A DNA stretch of 37,641 bases from a virus (Duplodnaviria > Caudoviricetes): IMG/VR virus record IMGVR_UViG_3300036987_000537, positions 1-37,641 of that record; one strand, written 5' to 3'. Shown here piece by piece: positions 27,133 to 32,297 of the stretch (position 1 is the stretch's first letter; each line of letters opens with the position of its first letter). Made by a program: the position numbers and the translations under genes. The notes under the pieces are model-generated. The model was not told where the DNA came from. It did no database searches and saw only the letters and a program-made list of their open reading frames with translations.

Positions 27133-27205
27133 AGGCAGGGGCGGGAGTCGAACCCGCTGTCACCGGCTTATGAGACCGGTATGGAAACCGTTTCACTCCC
27201 CTACC
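27133..27205 (-). tRNA. Atypical tRNA with CAT anticodon (Met or Ile2)
   Basis: GGTAGGG/CCCTGCC, CCGGT-CT CAT AA-GCCGG, GCGGG TTCGACT CCCGC; G at position 8 and a non-standard D arm. Confidence 0.75.
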
Positions 27206-27207
27206 TT

Positions 27208-27339
27208 GCGTAATCCCATCCTCGAAGGTGCCACGCTCTGCAACCATCGATTGATCCGGTCCTTTCTTCCGGCAGGCCATACGGCTCATCCTTCGCCGTC
27301 GGATAGGGGCTCTCGAAGTCCCCGCTATAAATGGGGTTC
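27208..27339 (-). ncRNA. Multi-hairpin structured spacer between tRNA genes
   Basis: Closing CCCAT/ATGGG; internal GGGG/CCCC, ACGGC/GCCGT, CCGG/CCGG and CCT/AGG stems. Confidence 0.45.
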
Positions 27340-27485
27340 TGGGAGCGGCGGGAGTCGAACCCGCGCAACGAACCCGCACTTGGTTCGTTGGTACTGACAT
27401 AGGAACCGGTGTGCTTGCCGTCCCTCCGTACTCACCGCAAAGGGCACAAGGCCACGATGCTGCTCTACCACTGAGCTACGCCCCC
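27340..27485 (-). ncRNA. 146-nt tRNA-like RNA (Ala-GGC-like) with a ~79-nt structured insertion
   Basis: GGGGGCG/CGCTCCC-A acceptor, TA GCTC AGTGGTA GAGC D arm and GCGGG TTCGACT CCCGC T arm, separated by far more sequence than in a normal tRNA. Confidence 0.8.
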
Positions 27486-27540
27486 ATAAAGCCGGGAGTA
27501 GATACCCTCCAGGCGATGCCAAAAGCATTAACCAATAAGG

Positions 27541-27846
27541 TTAAGTAAACCGGGAAGAAACCCGGTCGCTCCTCCATAGATTCTTCATCTTGCCGTTATC
27601 AACGTATAAGCAAATCAAACTGTTATTTATTGGTAGCACTTTTCCCGCTGGGATAGGCACGGCCGGAAGGGCCACGTTTTCGACAGCACTTATGCTGGTT
27701 ACTTCCTCCTTTGCCATGGTCTTGATCGCATAGGCGTTGGCATCAAGCGCGATGCCGTTGGTCGGCTCGTAAGCCGCCGCTGATAACGGTGCAGCAATCA
27801 GCAGGCACACCATCACCAGCAGGAGTAAGGCACGTTTCATAGCCAT
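27541..27846 (-). CDS. Small exported protein
   Basis: GGAGG RBS; signal peptide MKRALLLLVMVCLLIAAPLSA. Confidence 0.7.
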   Translation of the reverse strand: MAMKRALLLLVMVCLLIAAPLSAAAYEPTNGIALDANAYAIKTMAKEEVTSISAVENVALPAVPIPAGKVLPINNSLICLYVDNGKMKNLWRSDRVSSRFT

Positions 27847-27889
27847 ACCCTCCGTTATGTAATTCCAGGTCCATGCGGACGCTGGTTAT

Positions 27890-28195
27890 TTACGCCGCGC
27901 CTCTCGCTTTGTTCTTTTCCTTCAGGGGCATCTTTTCCCATTCAGACCGGCGCTCTACTTCGGGACGGTCTGTCCAGGCTTTCCATTCCGCCAGGCTGTG
28001 CAGGGTACCGCTCATGCCGAAGCCAGGGATGCGCCAGGGCCGCCCATGAAAGAACCGGGGGTGATAACCCATGAGGGTTGCAGCCTGCTGGGCTGATAGT
28101 TTCTCGCTCATGCGTTCTGCCTGGAGGGCTTCCAGCTGGTCACCAAGCCAGCGGAGATATCCGATCAGGTCTGTAGCGGGATCCGGTCTACTCAT
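27890..28195 (-). CDS. Putative excisionase-like wHTH protein
   Basis: LSAQQAATLMGYHP...IPG pattern; early operon position. Confidence 0.45.
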   Translation of the reverse strand: MSRPDPATDLIGYLRWLGDQLEALQAERMSEKLSAQQAATLMGYHPRFFHGRPWRIPGFGMSGTLHSLAEWKAWTDRPEVERRSEWEKMPLKEKNKARGAA

Positions 28196-28446
28196 CGGTG
28201 GACCTCCAACAGCATGTCCACGATTGAATGATTCCAGCTATTTATGGCCCTGGCCTGAGTACGGGCATTCTTGCCGGTTGCTCCGCATGGGCAGGCAACC
28301 CGGACCAGGTCATACCCAAGGCTTACGAGCATCGGAGTTCGGCCACATTTGCACAGCATGATTGAAGCTATGGCGCCGGTAGTCTTACTGACTTCCGCCT
28401 GGATAACGGCTTCTTTCCCGGGAGTGCCGGGGTATCCGCGGGTCAT
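28192..28446 (-). CDS. Second Lar-like Zn-ribbon protein
   Basis: CKCGRTP...VACPCG...AINSWN. Confidence 0.6.
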   Translation of the reverse strand: MTRGYPGTPGKEAVIQAEVSKTTGAIASIMLCKCGRTPMLVSLGYDLVRVACPCGATGKNARTQARAINSWNHSIVDMLLEVHR

Positions 28447-28461
28447 ACAGGTAATCCTTTC

Positions 28462-28490
28462 TTGTAAAAACCCTCTCCCGGGCTTACGAT
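28462..28490 (+). promoter_or_regulatory. Promoter of the antisense moron
   Basis: TTGTAA-17 bp-TACGAT. Confidence 0.6.
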
Positions 28491-28533
28491 AAACGTGCTA
28501 CCAATCATCTCAACCCAAGAGAGGGAGAAAACC

Positions 28534-28737
28534 ATGAGTGAAGCAACACAGAATCGGGCAGAAATTAGAAAAGAAACTTTTGCAGATGTGGCAAACCGGC
28601 AAATCGCGGTTGAACTGATGATCAAAGCCATAGCTGCAAAGCCAGACTTGATTTCAGGTAGGACGAGTGGGTCAGATGCGGCTAATGAACTGATTGCTGG
28701 CGCAAAAGACTTGTTGGCTTTCATTTTGGAGGGTTAG
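28534..28737 (+). CDS. Moron-like hypothetical protein, 67 aa, opposite to the early operon
   Basis: GAGGGAG RBS, own promoter and terminator, AT-richer than its flanks. Confidence 0.7.
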   Translation: MSEATQNRAEIRKETFADVANRQIAVELMIKAIAAKPDLISGRTSGSDAANELIAGAKDLLAFILEG

Positions 28738-28746
28738 CCCTTTTTT
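28728..28746 (+). terminator. Intrinsic terminator of the moron
   Basis: GGAGGG-TTAG-CCCTTT followed by a T run. Confidence 0.55.
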
Positions 28747-28898
28747 GCCGGGTAGATAACAACGATGGTCGCACCAGTAGGTCGGTCACCATCACTGAGC
28801 ATTTCAGGCTTGATTGCCTGAACCTCAAACCCGGCAGCCCCCATGGCCCTGATTATCCGGACCATGCTGTCGTTCTTGTTCTCTGCTTCCTTGTTCAT
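28734..28898 (-). CDS. Hypothetical protein, 54 aa (MNKEAENKND...; not in the ORF track)
   Basis: AAGGAG RBS; fills the operon gap; its stop overlaps the convergent moron stop. Confidence 0.6.
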   Translation of the reverse strand: MNKEAENKNDSMVRIIRAMGAAGFEVQAIKPEMLSDGDRPTGATIVVIYPAKKG

Positions 28899-28901
28899 GC
28901 C

Positions 28902-29213
28902 TTACTCCTTGCCCTGGATCTGCTTATCGATGAGAGACGCCAGCACGGCCACCCCATCTTCTTGCTTGCTGTTCAGCTTGCAGTCCAGGAGATCCCTGTA
29001 CGCGATGTTCTCCCGCACCATCTCCCTGGCCTGGTCTGCAAGCTGGAACCCTAAATCCCTGAGCCCCGGGTCGTTATACCCGTCCGCTTCTTCGAGGATC
29101 TTTCCCGAAAGGTCGATCAGATCAGCCGCGAGGCGGTAGTACGTTGCTTCCGGGACTAGGTGGTCAAACTCTTTCAGCACTTGCTCGCGTGTCTGGTTGC
29201 CGATACCACTCAT
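28902..29213 (-). CDS. Hypothetical protein
   Basis: ATGA-coupled start MSGIGNQ; helical. Confidence 0.7.
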   Translation of the reverse strand: MSGIGNQTREQVLKEFDHLVPEATYYRLAADLIDLSGKILEEADGYNDPGLRDLGFQLADQAREMVRENIAYRDLLDCKLNSKQEDGVAVLASLIDKQIQGKE

Positions 29214-29800
29214 GCCGCGGCTCCAAACAGCACCAGTGCCAGTGAGAGCAGTTCCGGCAGAAGGCCTTCGGCTTCGGCATAGTCGATGGTGTCCATGCCG
29301 CGGTTCTTGGCACATTCGCGGATATTGCGGTGATGGCGGTAGTAGAACTGGGAATAGAGTTCGTTCCAGGCCACCCTGTGGCCACCAACCCGGGCAGCTC
29401 CCTGGTTGATGACCCGCCGGAGCTGGTCTCTATAGGAAAGGTCGGGAGCTGCAGGCAGGGCCAGTGTTTGCTCAGGGACGAGGCCCCTAACGGCAGCCAC
29501 GATGGCCGGCAGAAGAGCGGTCACAGTCTCCCGGACTATCTCCCCTATGGCCAAGGCGGGAGTGGCGGGCATGTTATGCCTGGCATTCTCCCGGAACAGG
29601 CTGGCAGCGTTCTTGCCCAAGCCGGTCTCGATGATGGCGCAGGTCTCGTCGATGTCCCAATCAGCAGGCTTCCCGCCAGATCGCTGAGCCTCGGCCAGTT
29701 TGGCCGCAGCCTCAGCCGATTTGGCCGCAGCTTTGCTTGCCCATGTCCGGACAGTCTTTTCCGGCTTTCCTACTGCTTCCGCAATCTGTTTGGTTGTCAT
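29210..29800 (-). CDS. Antirepressor-like DNA-binding protein
   Basis: N-terminal HTH MTTKQIAEAVGKPEKTVRTW; C-terminal WNELY..FYYR...IDY.E domain; second gene of the early operon. Confidence 0.6.
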   Translation of the reverse strand: MTTKQIAEAVGKPEKTVRTWASKAAAKSAEAAAKLAEAQRSGGKPADWDIDETCAIIETGLGKNAASLFRENARHNMPATPALAIGEIVRETVTALLPAIVAAVRGLVPEQTLALPAAPDLSYRDQLRRVINQGAARVGGHRVAWNELYSQFYYRHHRNIRECAKNRGMDTIDYAEAEGLLPELLSLALVLFGAAA

Positions 29801-30027
29801 CCTTGAGCCTCCGTCAGTGCTTCGATGCTCTTGGCAGCCGGGCAACCGTCCAGGAAGCGGCGGAGGTCCTGGGCTTCGCCGGAGTTCCCGCCTTCAAGAA
29901 GTTCGATCGCCTTCTCAAGCATGTATTTGACCTGGCTGGCAGAACTTCTGTGTTCCCGCGCGGCCAAGGTTGCGATACGGCTCCTGGTATCGCCGTCAAC
30001 CCTGATGGTCATATAGGTATCGTTCAT
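29797..30027 (-). CDS. Ribbon-helix-helix (Arc/TraY-like) regulator in the Cro position
   Basis: MTIRVD...RIATLAAREHRS..SQVKYML. Confidence 0.85.
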   Translation of the reverse strand: MNDTYMTIRVDGDTRSRIATLAAREHRSSASQVKYMLEKAIELLEGGNSGEAQDLRRFLDGCPAAKSIEALTEAQG

Positions 30028-30040
30028 TCCCGCCCCCTGT

Positions 30041-30134
30041 TGACTCACATTAACTCACATCAACTCACATGTCAAGTAAAAAAAGATAGATTATTGACTC
30101 ACAAGTCCGATAATGTGGTATACTTTGAGAGTCA
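30041..30134. promoter_or_regulatory. Divergent promoters with ACTCACA operator repeats (lysis/lysogeny switch)
   Basis: Minus strand: TTGACA(30075-70)-17-TAATGT. Plus strand: TTGACT(30094-99) and TGn-TATACT(30119-24). Three tandem 10-mers at 30041-30070, a fourth copy at 30095-30103 and an inverted variant at 30126-30134. Confidence 0.8.
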
Positions 30135-30144
30135 GGAGGCATCT

Positions 30145-30354
30145 ATGAAAGCGGTTGATGGGGGAAAAGCTTTCAACATCACCATGCGATGCACCAGGGA
30201 GTTGAAAGAAAGACTTGAGCTGTACCATGCAGCGAATTTCAGTGAGATAAGCTTCAACATGTTTTTGGGGCAGATGCTTAAATGGCAACTGGATTCGCAA
30301 GAAGCCACTCGTGGCGAGTGCACTGAAATCCCGGTAAAAAGAGCAATCTCTTAA
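30145..30354 (+). CDS. Putative ribbon-helix-helix repressor in the CI position, 69 aa
   Basis: AGGAGG RBS; FNITMRC..ELKERLE...SFNMFL..ML. Confidence 0.7.
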   Translation: MKAVDGGKAFNITMRCTRELKERLELYHAANFSEISFNMFLGQMLKWQLDSQEATRGECTEIPVKRAIS

Positions 30355-30496
30355 CCCCGCTCCGGCCGCAGCCCGGATACTATACTTTCAATGCTCCGGG
30401 GCGGGTGCGGTTGCGAGCGAGGTCAAAAATAATAATGGTAAAATCCTGCAATTTGAATAATACTCTGGGTTAACCTAAGATCGCGTGAGGTTGCCT

Positions 30497-31114
30497 ATGA
30501 AAAAAGTCCTGGCTTTGATTGTTGCATGTTTTTTGGTTGGCGCAGTAGGTGCCCAGGATATTGAGGTCTACATCACTGCCACTGGCACAAAGTACCACTT
30601 ATCCACATGCCGCACACTGAAGGATAGTCGCATAGCTATCCCGCTATCCGAAGCGGTCAAGAACTATGACGCCTGCGGTATCTGCAAGCCGCCTGCCGGG
30701 CCTGCCAGGTTCCCATATACTTTGGAAGGCAAGGTCGTGGGCGTCTCCGATGGTGACACGATCACGCTATTGGTTGAATTTCGTCCACACAAGGTAAGGC
30801 TGAATGGCATAGATGCACCTGAGTCCGGGCAGGCATTTGGCCAGGTCGCAAAGTCTAAGCTGTCTGATCTTGTGTTTGACCGGGAGGTGCGCGTGTCGAT
30901 TGCCGATGTAGACAAGTACGGCCGCTTGGTTGGGGATGTTTTTGTTGGTAAAACCTATATCAACGCCGAGATGGTCAAGGCGGGTCTAGCCTGGCACTAT
31001 GTCGCATACTCCAAGGATTCTGCGCTTTCCGCCCTGGAAGCAGAGGCCAGGGCTAGCCGTATTGGCTTATGGCGGGATCCTCAGCCTGTAGCACCATGGG
31101 ATTTTCGACGGTGA
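30497..31114 (+). CDS. Secreted thermonuclease (SNase) with an N-terminal Cys/His Zn-binding module
   Basis: Signal peptide; VYIT.TG.KYH...C...C..C; DGDT, RLNGIDAPE, DKYGR, GLAW, GLW...PWDFR. Confidence 0.93.
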   Translation: MKKVLALIVACFLVGAVGAQDIEVYITATGTKYHLSTCRTLKDSRIAIPLSEAVKNYDACGICKPPAGPARFPYTLEGKVVGVSDGDTITLLVEFRPHKVRLNGIDAPESGQAFGQVAKSKLSDLVFDREVRVSIADVDKYGRLVGDVFVGKTYINAEMVKAGLAWHYVAYSKDSALSALEAEARASRIGLWRDPQPVAPWDFRR

Positions 31115-31236
31115 CCAAGAAGCTCCGGATCATGCCCGGGAACCCCAGGTACCCTGATAGGGTGGAAAGTGCGGACGGGCAGACGGTGGAAGTGGTGGGC
31201 AAGGTCTACGGGTGGGTGCATGCGCATCCGTATTGA
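31111..31236 (+). pseudogene. C-terminal remnant of an S24/LexA-type (CI) repressor peptidase domain
   Basis: Translates KKLRIMPGNPRYPDRVESADGQTVEVVGKVYGWVHAHPY*, matching the l.S.Np.Y......v.vvGkV tail of S24 domains; no HTH or catalytic Ser upstream. Confidence 0.7.
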
Positions 31237-31332
31237 TTAAGCCTTTTATTTCAATTGCTGATATATTTCTTGATAGTGATACATATATAAGCCCTGCTCT
31301 AAACAATATCCTATGCTAATCTTCAATAAAAC

Positions 31333-31361
31333 TTGCCAATTGGTGCAACCAATAGCATAAT
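31333..31361 (+). promoter_or_regulatory. Promoter with a palindrome in its spacer
   Basis: TTGCCA-17-CATAAT containing ATTGGT-GCA-ACCAAT. Confidence 0.6.
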
Positions 31362-31414
31362 GCGTCACATTATCAATCACAATGATGATATTCCAAGCAA
31401 TTCGCGGGGTTTTT

Positions 31415-31789
31415 ATGGATTATGGAATCAATGTCATTGAATCCAGCGTGACACTATGCAGGCTTACTGGCAAATATGACAGAAACGTTTTAAAAGAAGC
31501 CATTTCGGAAAGCTATAAACGAATGGAGGGTCTTCAAAGCTTCCATCTCCTGGTTGATGCCAAAGAGGTTGTCCAGGTTTTTGGTCCCGATCTCATCAGG
31601 AATGAAACCGAGAGGATAGGTATAGCCAATAGACTGATTTCCGCTTTCGGTCACTGCAAAGACGTAAAAATTGCCGCGGTGGTAAACCGAGAGGACATAA
31701 ACCATTTTGTCCAGTTCCTGGTGAAAAGAAAAGGCATTGAATTAGAGTTATTTGATAATTTGATGGAAGCGAAGAAGTGGATTGTGTAG
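31415..31789 (+). CDS. STAS/SpoIIAA-like protein
   Basis: LLVD, KIAAVV and C-terminal FDNLMEAKKWI pattern. Confidence 0.65.
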   Translation: MDYGINVIESSVTLCRLTGKYDRNVLKEAISESYKRMEGLQSFHLLVDAKEVVQVFGPDLIRNETERIGIANRLISAFGHCKDVKIAAVVNREDINHFVQFLVKRKGIELELFDNLMEAKKWIV

Positions 31790-31936
31790 TTCGGTGTTAG
31801 GTTGAAGTGACAGGCTTCGCATCATGGCTTAGACTTATCATATGAAAATTGAAAAGCATGAGGTGGTTCAAAAACAGCACATTTTAGCTGAAGCAGCCTG
31901 CATGAACCCCCATGTAGGGAAATCAAGGAGCGAAAC

Positions 31937-32254
31937 ATGAAAGTCGATGGGATGAATGAATTAAGCAAGAAGATTGCAAAGCTGGCAAAGAATGTCAAAG
32001 AATTGGATGGGCCACACTCAATTCCACTTACCGAATTACTGACTGCAAATTTCATATCCAAGCACACTCGCTTTTCAGATGCGAATGAAATGTTCAGCGC
32101 TTGCGGTTTTAAGTATGAGACACAGGAAGATTTTGAAGCTATTCCTGAGGCCGAATTTGATAAATTTATACAAACCGAATCCACTTTCGCAACATGGCAT
32201 GAAATGCTCGGGGCAGCATACCAAGAACAGGTGAAGAAGAAGCTTGGCCTTTAA
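31937..32254 (+). CDS. Hypothetical protein, 105 aa
   Basis: AAGGAG RBS; directly upstream of the RM gene. Confidence 0.75.
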   Translation: MKVDGMNELSKKIAKLAKNVKELDGPHSIPLTELLTANFISKHTRFSDANEMFSACGFKYETQEDFEAIPEAEFDKFIQTESTFATWHEMLGAAYQEQVKKKLGL

Positions 32255-32297
32255 GTTCTATTAATACTAGTCGGGGCACCCCCACTTCGAGGATAAT

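Noticed and set aside
26988-27339. HDV-like (theta) or hammerhead ribozymes downstream of the tRNAs
   Set aside because: Could not build the nested double pseudoknot or find the CUGANGA/GAAA core by hand; the segments fold as simple or branched hairpins.
27340-27485. tmRNA or intron-containing tRNA
   Set aside because: It has a full D stem, G.U at 4:69 rather than 3:70 and no evident tag frame. It is too short for tmRNA or a group I intron, and I found no clear bulge-helix-bulge.
26966-27528. ORFs 26780..27400 (5' part), 27325..27528 and plus-strand ORFs over this region
   Set aside because: They run through tRNA genes; only the last 61 codons of 26780..27400 look like a protein.
30041-30070. 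CRISPR array or replication iterons
   Set aside because: Three contiguous 10-mers with no spacers, overlapping promoters; better explained as operators.
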